A DNA stretch of 57,031 nt, filler included, from Bipalium vagum (lineage: Eukaryota), in assembly GCA_037834085.1 (NCBI GenBank). It is 3 parts of 3 records of this genome, joined end to end, with 100 filler letters (N's around TTAATTAATTAA, not from the genome) between each part and the next. Parts side by side here need not be neighbours in the genome. Positions count along the whole stretch, not along the records: positions 1 to 16,630 come from JBBMKC010101653.1; 2 more parts are not named here. The stretch is one strand, 5' to 3'. The translations under genes and the position numbers were made by a program. The notes below the pieces were generated by a model. The model worked only from the letters and a program-made list of their open reading frames with translations, searched no databases and was not told where the DNA came from. Position 1 is the stretch's first letter, and the number at the start of each line of letters is the position of its first letter. Below are positions 1 to 13,535 of the stretch, in pieces.

Positions 1-1239
1 AATTCTTGTGGTCTTCATTTCCTGAGTTTTCCAAAAATAAGTTCATATATTTTTGAAAATATTTAGTTTGATCTTTAAGGCTACATCATACTTCTAGATT
101 AATTGCTGTCCATTATATTAAATTTATTTTTCAATATTTTTTTCAATATTTTAGAAATTAAGTAATCGTACGAATACTTTTTGTAGGTACTGTATATCTA
201 GCTTGTTTCTTTCGAGGAAAATTAGGACAAACTTATTGCCAACTTTTTTGCTCTTGCCCTTGACCAAGATAATAAATCGCTGTTTAATCATTACATATTA
301 AAATATTAACAGAAATTTCTAACTGTTTTCATATTTTCATAGAGGAATTTGGAAGTCATAATTAAAATTAAATTTTGTTTAAATTAAAAAAATTCCATAT
401 ATACAAAATGTTTAATTTTCAAAATCACAATATTTAATTATATTTTTATATATTTATAAATATAAAAAAATAGTTTAAATATTTTGTATATTATTTTTAA
501 ACAATCGATTATATATTCGTAAATTAATTGATTTTGATTTTATTTTGTAAAAAATTAATTGCTATTATTGAAAAAAAACTTCAATTTTTTTAAAAAATTA
601 AAACAAAGTTTTCTCAAGAATTAACTTTAAGATGAATTTTATTTATTTACTATATTATAATAAGTCTACAAATTGAAATGGTGCCTATTTTTAATAATAA
701 TAGATATCAAAAGTTTGATAAAATAATTATATATTTCTACAGTCTATAGCTACAAATTATTCTGTGAAATAATCTCCATTATTGTCTATGCATTTTAACC
801 ATTTTACAGATAGCTGGCGAATACCTGTCCTGAAAAAACATGGCGATTTTGATTCAATGTAATTTAAAATGGATTTTTTGACATATTCAAACTTTTTGAA
901 CTGAGAATCAACCAGATGGTGTTGATACTTATTCTGAGAGAAGAATAGAAAAATATTTAATAACTTAGAAAGAAGTACTAATTAAAAATTACTTTTGATT
1001 AATTACATTTCTTTTAAAGACATATTCTGTAGACATTACATTCTCAGGATTGCATAATCCATGCCCTCTATGGCTTGTAACATAATTTTTGTGATTTATT
1101 ATTTTATGGTTTTGTTTTTCATATTTATTTAATACCAAATGCATTTATGTGAAAGATCGTTTTCTTCTCTGCAAAAGTACAGTTAAGTTTTTTATACCAT
1201 TTCATTTTATTTAAATTTGACATATTTTAACTGCAGTGC

Positions 1240-2195
1240 TAAATTGATCAAAAGACACCAAGTAATCGAAGTCGGAAAGTTGCAGAAGCAGTCCATGAAA
1301 ATTGTAATATCTACGGACAACTAAAAATTGGTACAAGAAATTTGAAAATGGCACATTTAACAATCAAGACACACACATACCGGTAACCCATCAATTTAAG
1401 ATTACGGCCGTCAAACATAGAGATTTGTCTCAGAAGATGAATCCCAATCCAGTAACATTATTCCGCTACCTAAAATCAAATGGGTATAGTCAAAAACTAG
1501 GTGCTTGTGTGCCATATCAGTTGAACTAAAAAATCAAAGGAAGTCATCTAAGAGTTACACCTCAAAGTGTTATCAAACACGAGCAACACGAGGTCACAAG
1601 AAAAAGTTGCTTCATTGAATCATCACGGTGGATGAGAAATTTTGTTTGCATGCAAAGTGAAGCACATACAAGGAGTTGTTTGCTCCTGTTTGCAAATCAG
1701 TGCTCAGAATTAAATAAGATTTGCATTCCTAGAAAAATAATGCTCTCTGTTTGGTGGAATTTGGTCGGTCTCATACAGTGAAAAATGATCTAGTAAAACC
1801 AGACAGTTGACATCCACCTTTACATTAATCATATGCGTTGACTAAGCGACATTATGAATGAGAAAAGACAGGGTAAACGAGTCAAAGTAATTTTTATTAA
1901 TGACAACGCAAAACCACGCACAGCAAATATCTTCAAAACCACCCTCCAAGAGCTCAGTTGGGAGGTTCTTTTACGGCCTCCTTATTTTTCAGACCCTTCA
2001 CTAACAGATTGCTATCTTTTCTGCTCACTTTCTAACCAAGTAAAGAACATTACTTTTGAGAAGAAGGAGGGTCTTTAAAGTGGTTGACCTTCTTTTTCTG
2101 AATAGATTTAGCGATTTCTGGAATAAAGGTTCCGACAAACTGATGAATTAATTGGAAACTATTCTAAATAATAACCGAAAATACATTACCAAATG
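1240..2195 (+). mobile_element. Decayed mariner (DD34D) transposase remnant
   Basis: ORF 1854-2078 contains DNAKP...LQELSWEVLLRPPYFSDP...YLFCSLSNQ, a degenerate form of the HDNARPH and HPPYSPDLAPSDYHLF motifs. Upstream frameshifted pieces read RATRGHKKKLLH-IITVDEK. Looks like the same family as 11386-12674. Ends approximate. Confidence 0.8.
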
Positions 2196-3349
2196 ATTTT
2201 TCATTATTATCTATAAAAAAATTTCTTACTGCTTATAAAAAGTTATTCAAAATCACGAAAAAGTATGTTAAACGTAATTTATTGTTTATTCACATTTCTT
2301 TTCTTTTAAAGATTTTTCTTCTGTCTGTCATTCCTCAGAATTGATCTTTAGTTTATTAATTATCTTTTTTATTAAAATAAATAAAAACCAAATCAGTTCA
2401 GCTGTCACAAAAGGATAAAAGTAATCCAAATAGATTTTGAAAGGGAAAATAAAAATATGAAGTCATAAATTTAAGATGAATAGGAGCTTTTGTAGTTTGC
2501 CTGTGAAATTCTCATCAATCTTAAGCACTACGAACAGAGGAGTAATTATTCTTTAAGTCTTTACCACAAGATTCCTTGGTAAATGGTGGGGATTTATCAA
2601 GACTATTAATTTTGTTTGATATACAATTATTGATATCTGCTCGAGAGCCGACTTCACTCTCTGTCGGAATATCGACAAGTCTAATCAAACCATTAAATGG
2701 ATATCCGAAATCATTGATCAATCAAAGGAATTAAGTTTCCTCATATCAGAAAGAAATAGTAAATATTAAGCTAGAAACAAACGGTGGAAATTTATTTTCA
2801 ATAATTTCTAAGAAATACTATGGAATAGTACTTCAATGATCCCAATAATACTGTTGCATATAAAACTGATAAACTAATAATGTCTGCAGGTAATTTTATG
2901 TGCAATTTGAAGGGGTTACAATTTTTATTGTTGAAATGATTTAGTTTTTTACGGAATTCTTAATTTGACTCCCCTAACCTAAAATAAAACTGTAATTCTC
3001 AAAAAGTATTTCAGTTGACCATCTTTATTTTAGGTTCTTAAGATATTTAAGTCCTTCAGTTATTTCAAAGAGTGTATATTGAATACTTAAAATATATATA
3101 TTTAAATAAAATTATGTGAAAGGGAACTGTATTACCCCAGATTAACTTTAAGATGAATTTAAGTCTCCTAACTTTTTTTCAGAAATGATACGTAATTAAT
3201 TTTAGCCCGTTGATATTAAAGAGCGGTATTTATCAATTAATATATTCTTGAAAGGTGACATTTAAAGTAAGTTATATATTTATCATAATTAATTAAAACT
3301 TAAAAATAAATTGGAATTTAAAATGTAATTTAATCACATTTTAGTTAAA

Positions 3350-4170
3350 ATATATGGAACGCGATAAACAATTTTTCGACATGATAAAAAAGGTAATATT
3401 TCTATATGAATGACTGAAGCCTGTCGAATATTCTTGGTGACTTATGGTAATTCTTCTAAATCAGAAAGAGCATGAAGAGAATGGTTTCAGAGATTCAAAA
3501 GTACCTATCATAATGTTGCTCATAAGACACGCTCATGTCAGCCTAGAAAGTTAAACAATACTGATTTGGAAGCATTATTGGAGATTGACTCGACTCTGAC
3601 TATGTAAGAATGCGGAAAATTGTTAAATTTCTATCCTACAGCTATTTCAAATCGTTTGCATGAGATGGGTAAGATTTAAAAGGAAGAAAGGAAAGAGTTC
3701 CATATGATTTGAAAAAAAGTGCAATTGAAACCCATTTTCACATTGTTTCATCTCTTCCAAACACCAAAAGAAGAGTTTTCTGTGGAGAATAATAACTGAA
3801 GATGAAAAATGGATTCACCTCGAAAATTTAAAATGTAAAAGATAATAAATTGATTGTAATACATATACCTTTTTGTCAACAGATGAGTGCTTATGTCAGT
3901 TAACTAAATATCATTTGCTGAACGTTTCAACTTTTCTGTATCTTTTAAAAAGAATTACCGTATTATTGTGAAAATTTATGATGACAAAGCTCTATGTCAA
4001 AAAACATCTTTAAATAGATTTTAAAATGATTATTTCATTTTTCAAGAAACCAAATTTCGAAGATACAGATTTGCACACATCGCTAGATGAAGACGACGCA
4101 CAAACTCAACAACAATTGCAGATGTTTTACATGTTAGCCAAAAGCAACTTCTGATCGAGTTTTGTCAAGA
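3350..4170 (+). mobile_element. Two adjacent 5' fragments of mariner transposases, heavily decayed
   Basis: Degenerate N-terminal HTH motifs (EWFQRFKS...RSCQPRK; RLHEMGKI) and ITEDEKWIH near 3790-3820. A second fragment near 3950-4160 reads KFEDTDLHTSLDEDDAQTQQQL. Confidence 0.65.
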
Positions 4171-4929
4171 GATTTTTCTGAATATTTTATTGTGATAGTT
4201 CCATTATTCTTAGTACCTGTCAATTTTTTTCGAAGACTCAGATCATTCAGATTTTTATTTTTGAAGTTAAGAATTCCTTTTTCTCCAGTAAGGTTTATAA
4301 AAAAATTTTGAATCTTATTCTTGCTTTCAGAAAAAAATCTATTACTTTTTCTTCATTATTTATAAACTTGATAATATATAATTTTTATATATAACCTACA
4401 ATTCTCAAAAAATACTCATTTATAACTCGACGATTTGATTAAGAACTGGCAGTAGTGCAAAAGTAACTAAAAGTAAAGTAATAAGGCCACATGCTGCTAA
4501 AGAAAATAAAATAAAAATTAAATAATACCATTAATTTTAAAAGAGTGTTGATGGATATTAAGTTAAGTGGTCCTTTTTTTAATTTTCTAGATCCAAAAAG
4601 TCAATTAATCAATTAATCCTTATTATATAAATAGTATTATAATGATTTTAATAAAATATGTTTTAGATAATCAATATTTGGGTTCAATTTGGAATATTTT
4701 GAACAATTTTTATAAAAGCTTTTCTCTTCTTTTTTTATTTATTTCATTTATTTTCTTCAACTAATTATGTCTCAAATAAAATAAGAATATTTAAATTTTT
4801 TTAATATTTTCTATCATTTTTTGAATGACTCTCATTAGATCAATTATTTTTTCCCAAGATAATTAAAGCATTAAATTCTAATCAAAATATTTATTATAAT
4901 TATCAAAAGTGTTCATGAAATTGAATGAA

Positions 4930-5250
4930 TATGTAGGGTCGCGAAACTTACAACCAAGTTATGTGAATTGTTCCCAAGTCGTGTAACTTAATCAACTGGA
5001 CTTTTTGTGATTATCTTAACTATAAAGCATATGCAAACAAATCCCAACTCATTGATAATCTACATAAAATAAATTAGAATTTATTAAAAAATATTTCAAC
5101 ATTTCATAAAATTTTATTAAGTGTCACCTTGCTGACAAGCCCATGGCAAGCAAGTACAGATGTTTTTTTAACAAATAACCTTAACGCGTGCAATTTCAAC
5201 CAAAGGAGAACATTTCAATGTTTTAAAAATGAAAGTTTTATTGATATTAA
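4930..5250 (+). mobile_element. 3' fragment of a Tc1/mariner DD41D (rosa-like) transposase
   Basis: Degenerate match to WPPRSCDLTPLDFFLWGYLKSKVYANKP (…PKSCNLNQLDF…YLNYKAYANKSQLIDNL). Confidence 0.5.
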
Positions 5251-6943
5251 ATTTTTCGGAAAGTTACTTCCGTCTTTAGTAAAAGTCAAGATCAATTCTG
5301 TATTAATATAAACATTTTCAATCAGTAACTTATTATCCATTTTAATAAACCATTTGCTACCACATGCAAGATAATTTTAAGATTCCAAGATGGCTTCAGT
5401 AATCAATCATTTTGATAAATAAATCAAGGCAAGCATTTTAGTAATTATTTTTTCATTCAAGGTTACTAAGGAATTAATTACAAAGGAATTTCCTAATAAT
5501 TTTTGAATGCTTTATGACACCCATATCCAGAGGTTCAATGATTGTGATTAGTTTATGTAGGTATAAATATAATTTATTTATTGTTTAATTTCATTTTTTA
5601 TGTGATTTACCGTTATCACTCATTAACAAAAGTTTTGTACTTTGAGGAAGTACAGTATTTTGATTTGTTCCGTTGCTCAACAACTTCTTCTATTATTGAA
5701 ATTGATTCCATTCATTGTTTCCGTGCTTGTATTGTATTCTAAAACATTTTTTTCTTTCTGAAATACATTTGATTAATTTTGCTATTTCATATCTCTGGTT
5801 TTCAGTTAACTTTATCGACATAATTGGAAGTTTGAAATACTAATTTGAAATCCTGATTATTCAATAAAAAAATGGGGCATACAAGATTAGTTTTTTGTAA
5901 AATTTTCAACAGTTAAATTGAAAATTTTTAAAATAATTTACATTTTGGGGAATTTGAGGTGAACACTTATCTATTAGACTATTATAGTTTATATTGAAAA
6001 ATCGAAATTTAAGGTTTTCCTCAAAAAGTGAATTTAGTCCGAATAATGAGGTGCGCATTTCTCGAGAGCATGTCCCATAACGAGGTTAGACCTTATTTAG
6101 AATTTTTATTGGAATTTATATTTTTTTCTAATTATTCTTAACAAAGTGATGATATTTTTTTGTGTATATTGAAATTTAGTTTTCGAAAAGAATAATCCAG
6201 TTTCAGATATCTTAATATGATATTATCTTTAAAACAATATCTTTGGTAAGTTAAAAGTTAAGTAAACAATGAAATCGTTTATTGGAAGGGGTCTCGTGTC
6301 TTGAAAATTTCTAAGATTTGATATAAATTAAATCGGACATTTCCCACCATTTCAAACAGAAAAATCCTTCACTCCGCTTCATTTAATGTCAATTAATCAA
6401 TATAATTCTTAACAATATTTCTAGAAAAATAATCACAAGCAAAAAAAAGAATTATATTTTGAATCGCATATGAAAACTCTAAGGTAATTTTGATAATCTT
6501 TTTATTTCCTCTTACATCGAATCTCGTTCAAAATACAGAACAAGAATCAAAATAAAACATGAATATGTTTGAAAAAAAATTAATTAAAAGATAAATTATC
6601 TCTTGATAATTAAAGTTATATTTAACTGAAAATTTGATGAAATAATTTATGTTACATGTTCGGTATAAGCTTATATTATCGCCCTGTAATATGAAAAAAC
6701 AAAAATATCAGCTTACTTAATTAAAAGAAAGATTTATCTCTAGAAAATAAAGAATTAAAAATATTTATCCAATCAAAAGATTCAAGAATGACAAAAGTAA
6801 AACAAAATAATGAATGCGAAAAAAGATAATAATTTGAAACACATTTCATAATAAAATTAAATATTTAAATTATAATATAAAGGGTGATACCCATTTTGGT
6901 AAAAAAATGTGAAACAAAAATTTTTCATAAACTTAGATTTTTA

Positions 6944-7800
6944 TTAAATAAAAAATTCCTTGAGGATTCTTCTTTTGAATGTTCTGCCTCCACATCCATT
7001 CGTACATGTGTGATTGTAGACATCCTTCATCGTGACTATTTTATTCTTCAGTTGTCCCCATATGGATTCTATTGTCTGCGTATGAGCACCAGTCTCATTG
7101 TTCACAAAATTCATCTTATGATTCACCATTAGATGTGAATATTTTTGACTTGAGCCAATTGTGAGTATGCTCACCATTCATCACTTATCATAAATGAACT
7201 ATACTGAACAATAGCTCTTACAAGGATAATAATGTCGTAGATTTTCGATCTTCTACTAACTGTAAAAATATTTTTGCTTTATTTAAGTCATTTATCATGC
7301 CAAACACCTACAGCTCTTGGAAGGAGCACGACCTTTATGATTTTTGGGTTTGCATCTTAAAAAGGATCATAAGTAATTATTATAATTAATAATAAAAATT
7401 ACCTAAATAAAGATTCATTTATTTGAACGACTCGGTTCGGCCTAGTCAGTCTTAGAGTTTTTCGAAAAATATATTTGACATTGTTGTCTCATTTGAGCAT
7501 AAAACTGATCAAAGGCCGAACCCGAGACTCCTGCCTCTTCAGTGAGACTTTTGAGATTTGCCAAGGGCCCACGCATATATTAAATGAATACATTTGTTCA
7601 GAGAAATCTTAAATTTCTCGAAAAAAGATTTTCTTCGTATTGAAAAATATTTCCCAATATTTGTTTACATCACCATGAAACCCCATCGCTGTATCATTTT
7701 GTTGAGGATTCCTTATAAGATCAATAGTCAAATCATTTTCTGTCAAAAAAATCCACATAACTTGATGGTCAAATAAAAAAGATGATACTCATTTTGGTCA
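6944..7800 (-). mobile_element. Merlin (IS1595/ISXO2-like DDE) transposase pseudogene with a 47-nt intron
   Basis: [30 protein letters not shown] matches the Merlin VNHxxxFV...HTQxIExxW signature. Upstream pieces read FSIRRKSFFEKFKISL and GPNRVVQINESLF. Frameshifts and stops are present; TIRs not identified. Confidence 0.8.
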
Positions 7801-8655
7801 GAAAAAAATGTTCCAAATTTTCAAATAATTTTTTATCTTACATGAAAAGTTTTTACAGATAAAACTTCATTTTCAGAAATCATTATGCTTTTTTTAAATT
7901 TCAGGAAAAATATTTACACAGGTCCTCTTTTATAAGTCATTGGATGTTTAGGAATCAATCACCAACAAGGAAAATCGTTACTAAACGAGCAAACTAAAAG
8001 GGAATCTTAAAAATAATTATATTATCTTTAAAGTTACTCACTTATATTAATTAATAATGTTTGAATTTAAGAGTATTTTCTAAATTTAGAATGACATTAA
8101 ATCCCATGGTTTAGTAAAATTTGTTTGAAAATTAAGATAATTTGTTATTCAAAAAATCATTAAAATGTCTTTTCTGATTGATTGAAAACCAACAATGTTT
8201 ATACAATAAAATCTTGAAATAAAAATTGTACTTAAATTGTTTTTTAAAATGTGCCCTTTGACTGAAACATTTTCCTAGGTGTCTTCTAACTTGTATCGAC
8301 TCAAGCCGAAGAAATTTTTAAAAAATATTTTTTAATAAAATTTTTTGGTTTTATTTTATTCTTTATAATAATCAAAAAAATTGTTTCGCTGAATAAAGTT
8401 TTCTTCAGTTTTCTAACTTTTATCAAATTTTTCATTTCTTTTAAAGTGATAAGAAATATTTTTATTACGAACAGTCGAACTTAATAAGCTCAAATACTAA
8501 TTATGAAAAAATTGAAAAAAATAAAATCAATTTGAATTTATTTTTATAAAGCTAATTAAAGATTTTATGAAACCAGAGATATTTTCTGAAAAGTGAAGAT
8601 GAATTAAAATGAGACAAATTACAGTAGTTTAATTATAAAATCAACACAGGAAATA

Positions 8656-9912
8656 CGAAGGGCAATCGAAAAGCTTCAGGAATGGAGCATATGGAAAGGT
8701 TTTGTAAAAAATATAAAATTTAATTATAAAATAAGTGATTTTAATATTATATTACTTTTATCTAATAATAAAGATCGTATTTTTGTTTAAATAAATATTT
8801 ACATTTGAATATGGCGTGTAAAGCGGAAAATATGAATTTATCTATGGAAAACTTTAGAGCAATGATTTTATATTGTTTCCGATCCGGATTGACACAGTAG
8901 CAATGTCTCGATCGCCTAAATTTGGCATTTCTTGTTGATGATCAATCGAAAGCTACAGTGTATCTATGGTTTCATGAATTTAAGTCTGGACGCGTCTCTT
9001 TGGTTGATTATTTCAGAGAAGGTCGTCCAAAAAATAAGTGTGTTCAATGAAAATATTAAAGTTTTTTGGAAATTAATTGAAGATAGTCGGACAACATATG
9101 ATGAAATTCAAACATCATTGAATATATCTAGGAATATATATGAACACTTGAGTGTCATAAACCTGTTTTCGACGGATACTGCATATCCTTACAATTGATC
9201 AAAAACGAGATCACGTTAAGTCGTCCAAAGTTATGGTCGATAAATCTAAACAGAGAACCTCAAATTATGTTTATGACATTGTCAGTGGTGATTAATCATG
9301 GATATACTCATATGAACCAGAAACAAAGCAGGAGTCAACTGTTTGGGTGTTTCAGTTAGAAAAATTATCAACAAAAATTGTTAGAACCCTGAACACCTCT
9401 AAACAAATGGTTGCCTGTTTCGTAACAAATCTGTCATGTCGCTACCATTCCTTTAGATGATCGTCGCACAGTTACTTCGAATTTGTATACCATCCTAAAG
9501 TCCTCAAAGAATGAAGAAAAAACAACTTGAAACGCTTCATTATGATAATGCCACTTCCCATATACCCCATAAAACAATCTATTTTTTGAGGACTCAAAAC
9601 TTTGAATTATTAAACCATCCATCTCATAGTCCAGATTTGGCCTCAAATTACTTTATATTTGGTTCCTTCAAAAAATTGCATGGGCAGCGGTTTTTATGTC
9701 AGGTTTTTCATGAACAGGCTGTAGAAACATTTAAATCATATGCTTTTTACATACCGACTTCTGATTGGAATAAATGTTTCAATGATTGGTATGACAGATT
9801 GCAAAAGTGTATAGATTGTGACGGCGAATACTTCGAAAAACTATAATGTTAATTATTATAATAAATATAAGATGTTTGTGTGTCATTCTCGAAACTTTTC
9901 CGCTGACCTACA
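8656..9912 (+). mobile_element. Near full-length decayed mariner element (about 1.26 kb)
   Basis: TA flanks at 8654-55 and 9913-14. Degenerate TIRs: CGAAGGGCAATCGAAAAGCTTCAGGAATG versus reverse complement TGTAGGTCAGCGGAAAAGTTTCGAGAATG. Transposase runs from MNLSMENFRAMILY (about 8832) through LHYDNATSH and HPSHSPDLASNYF to GEYFEKL-stop (9846), with stops and frameshifts. Confidence 0.85.
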
Positions 9913-11385
9913 TATATATAGGTAAATGTGGGAAATTGTGATAATTTTACTAGTTCATTTTTCTTTGTTTAAATACGTGTAAATGTATTATTTTTTTATT
10001 AATTTCTTATAATTGGATTTTACTTTATTTATTATTATAATTTTATAAATTACATAATTGAAATTATTTTTCGATATCCCCTTATTACTAAACTTTTATT
10101 TTTGATTTTCAATTTTCATTATCATACGTATTTTTAAAGAATATATAAAATCTGCTAATACAAAAAATATTATTGTCTTGTGAGATAACTCTTTCAACAG
10201 ATAATAAAATTTTCAGTTATTATTTTTATGGTAAATTAGAAAAGTTTAATTAGAAAAATTATAACTGAGTAATTAGATAATTTTATAATTTTAAAAGCAA
10301 TCATAACTTTTAGGAGGCTAGAAACGAAGTAATAGATAAGGTCCATATGACAATCATAAGTTTTAAAAGGTTAGTTGTAGTGCATACTTGAAGAAAACTC
10401 TTCTAATTTCTTTTATCTCAATCAGCATTCTTTCTCTGATTATAAAATAGTAATATAATACGTTTTATTAATTTAGATAATATCTCCTATTAAGATTAAT
10501 AACTATAATATCCACTACTTATCTCAATGAGACAAAGTATTCCAATGCTATTTTGTTTCAATCAGTATCTAGAAAGATTTTAATATTTATTAAGGTGTAC
10601 ATCATTAAAGATATCAGATATTGCTATTATTATTGTTTATATATTACTTGATTACCCAAGAGTAAAAAAGTTTTATTTTAAAAAATTAATCTATTTTTTT
10701 GAAAATTGTTTTCTATTTTGACAAATTGATAAAATTAAAAAAATTTTTTTAAGAAACAGAAAAATTTTACTAATTTCTCTTTCCTGTATAATTTGAAGCA
10801 GAAGTTTAATGTTTAAATCTTTCAATATTAAAAATTCTTTATATATTAAATAAATCAAATATCATCATTTTTTTGTTTACATTCATTCTAAATTTTTGTT
10901 TTAATTAATTATCAAAAAAATCGTTTTTAAAACTAAATAAATAATCATTCAATGATTTTGAAACTTTTATTTTGATTATAATATTTTGAAATAATCAGAA
11001 AAAATTGTATAAATTTACAGTAATATCATATATTTTATTATTATAGTTCTTTTAATTGTGAATAAATATAAATTAAAACAATCACAATATTAAAAAATAA
11101 TTTAAAATTTTCTTTTTTTGTAAAATATTTTGAAATCTTAATAAAAATCATTTTCTAAAAAATATAATCGATAATATGCAAAGAATTAAATTTAATAAAG
11201 ATTTCTTCAGATAAAAATATGTTTTTATTTATTTTATATTTAAATAGTTATTGTATTTTAAACAAATATTGTTATATTTGTTGATGTATAATCAGAAATA
11301 AATGATACGATAACAAAATTCCTTATTAATATTTTTTCTCAATAATACATAACTTTTGAGAATTTTAGAGAGATGGATTATTATA

Positions 11386-12674
11386 TTAGGTTGGTACATA
11401 AGTTCTCGCGTTTTTTTATTGAAAAGTTTTTTTGTGAAAACCAACTATTATTATATTAATATTACAAATAATAAATCAATCGGTAATATAGTCTTCGTTA
11501 TTGTTCAAAGCCTGATCCCATCTCTCAACCAATTTTTTTATATTATTTCTCCAGAAATCGCCAGTCCGGGTCTCGAAGAATTTGTTGAGCCAGTTTTTAA
11601 GATCCTCCTCATTCTTGAATGTGACGCTCCTCATTTGATTGGACAATGAACGGTAGAGGTGAAAGTCAGTTGGCGCAAGGTCAGGAGAGTACGGCAGATG
11701 TTGAAGAATCTCCCATTTGAGCTCTTGGAGAGCTATTTTGACTATATTCGTTGTGAAGCAAAATGACATGACTGCGACGATCTGAACTTTTCAGTTGGAT
11801 AGCTTCGTTCACTCTGTGCAACTGGGCTACATGGAGTTCTTTGTTAATAGTTTATTTTTCTAAGTATTTCCCAGTGCACTAAACCCTTCCAGTTCCACCA
11901 TACACATATCATTGTTTTCTTGGAAGAGAAGTTCTTTGTTTACTCTTTGCTTAGGAGTGATTCCTTTAGCTACCCACTCCTTCCTCTGTCTCATATTGAC
12001 GTAGAGACACCATTTCTCGTCTTCCGTGACGATTCTCTGCAAAAATCGTTCCGTGTGGCCGCATGTCGCTCGGTGCCGAGCAAGATGTTGTGCTGCGATT
12101 TGGAGACGATTTTCTTTGTCTTGGTCGCTGAATTTATGAGATAATCAAGCTAAAAATTCTTGCTCAAAGCCGATCGAATGAAGGTGTCTGAGGATTGTCG
12201 GATGAGTGCAGCCAATTTTTTCAGTAAGTTCTCTGGATGTTTGGCTACTATTCTCCTTTAAAAGCTCCTGAAGATGTTCTTCGTCGAATTCGGATGGTCA
12301 ACCAGAGCGAAATTTATCTTCGAGATCAAAATTACCCTTTTTGAATTTGTTGTACTATTCTTGAGCGGACCTCACACTTATTGCATCAGCTCCATAGACA
12401 GCACAAATGTCTCGTCCTGCTTCTGTAGCTTTCTTACCACGGCGAAATGTAAAATATAATAAATGACGAAAATGAATTTTTTTGCTGCCTGGAATATTCA
12501 TTTGTTGAGCTAAAAAATATATATGTATAATTAAGTTATTGAATGACTAATGATCACACGCTTGTAGCTTTAAAAAGGGCTTTCAAAATAATTATTTTTG
12601 CTCAGCAAAACAAAGCTAAAAATAGCAAGAATGACAAAATTTATAAAAACGCGGGGACTTACCTACCAACCTAA
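11386..12674 (-). mobile_element. Full-length mariner element (1289 bp) with a disrupted transposase
   Basis: TA flanks at 11384-85 and 12675-76. TIRs of about 30 bp: TTAGGTTGGTACATAAGTTCTCGCGTTTTT versus TTAGGTTGGTAGGTAAGTCCCCGCGTTTTT. Motifs IVTEDEKWCLYVN and HLPYSPDLAPTDFHLYRSLSN; coding span about 12501 to 11476 with frameshifts. Confidence 0.92.
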
Positions 12675-12739
12675 TAGATAATGTTCGAAATAAGACTTTG
12701 TTAGCACGTATTATGTATGAGAATTAATTCCCATCGTTT

Positions 12740-13170
12740 TTTATAAAAATAAAGTTGTTTTTTTAAAAGTAACGAAAAATTTATTTCAGTCAATTTTATA
12801 TTATTTGGAATTTTTTAAAATATTTTTCGTGGCAGCTTAACTTTTACCAATCCTTTGAAGCAATCCATTGATCCATCCATTTTTGGCATCTTCATAGGAA
12901 TTGAAGGACTTTCCAGTAAGAGATTGCTGCATGGATCGAAACAAGTGGAAGTCAGGTGGCTCTATATTTGGTAAGTACTGCGGGTAAGGTAGAACCTCCA
13001 GTCGGGTCTTTTCAATGTTTCTTTAACTGGTTTTGCAAGATGTGATCTGGCTTTATCGTGTTGCAAAATAATCTGATAATCCGGCCTTTGTCCATGATTT
13101 TCTGTTCTTGGGATTCTTTTACCACACCCATTTTTCATCACCATTTATAATTCGATGCAAAAATGAGTAC
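12740..13170 (-). mobile_element. Mariner transposase 3' fragment with internal deletion
   Basis: IILQHDKARSHLAKPVKETL followed by a frameshifted PPDFHLFRSMQQSL. Confidence 0.7.
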
Positions 13171-13535
13171 CTTGTAAGTAAAATTTCATAAAAGTTCTTG
13201 CTGCTTTCGGTCAAATTATATGGTATTCAATTGTTGAAAGGAAATTATTAAGAATATTTATTTAATATTGAAATCATAATTTTCCACCATCGTTAATAAT
13301 CGCTGCAAAAACACGATTTTACAGAGGAAAATCTCTTTTTATCAGAATTAAATAATTTTTATTTTAATACAAAAATAATGCATATTTTTATTGGTTGAAC
13401 ATGAATAGTTTAATTTAATTTAATTTCATAATTTATTTGATAATCACATTTTACTAAAATCATATTAATAATAATAAATATATTTTTAGAAAAATCAATT
13501 GGAAAACGTTGAATGGAAATTCAGCAAAATTAGAA

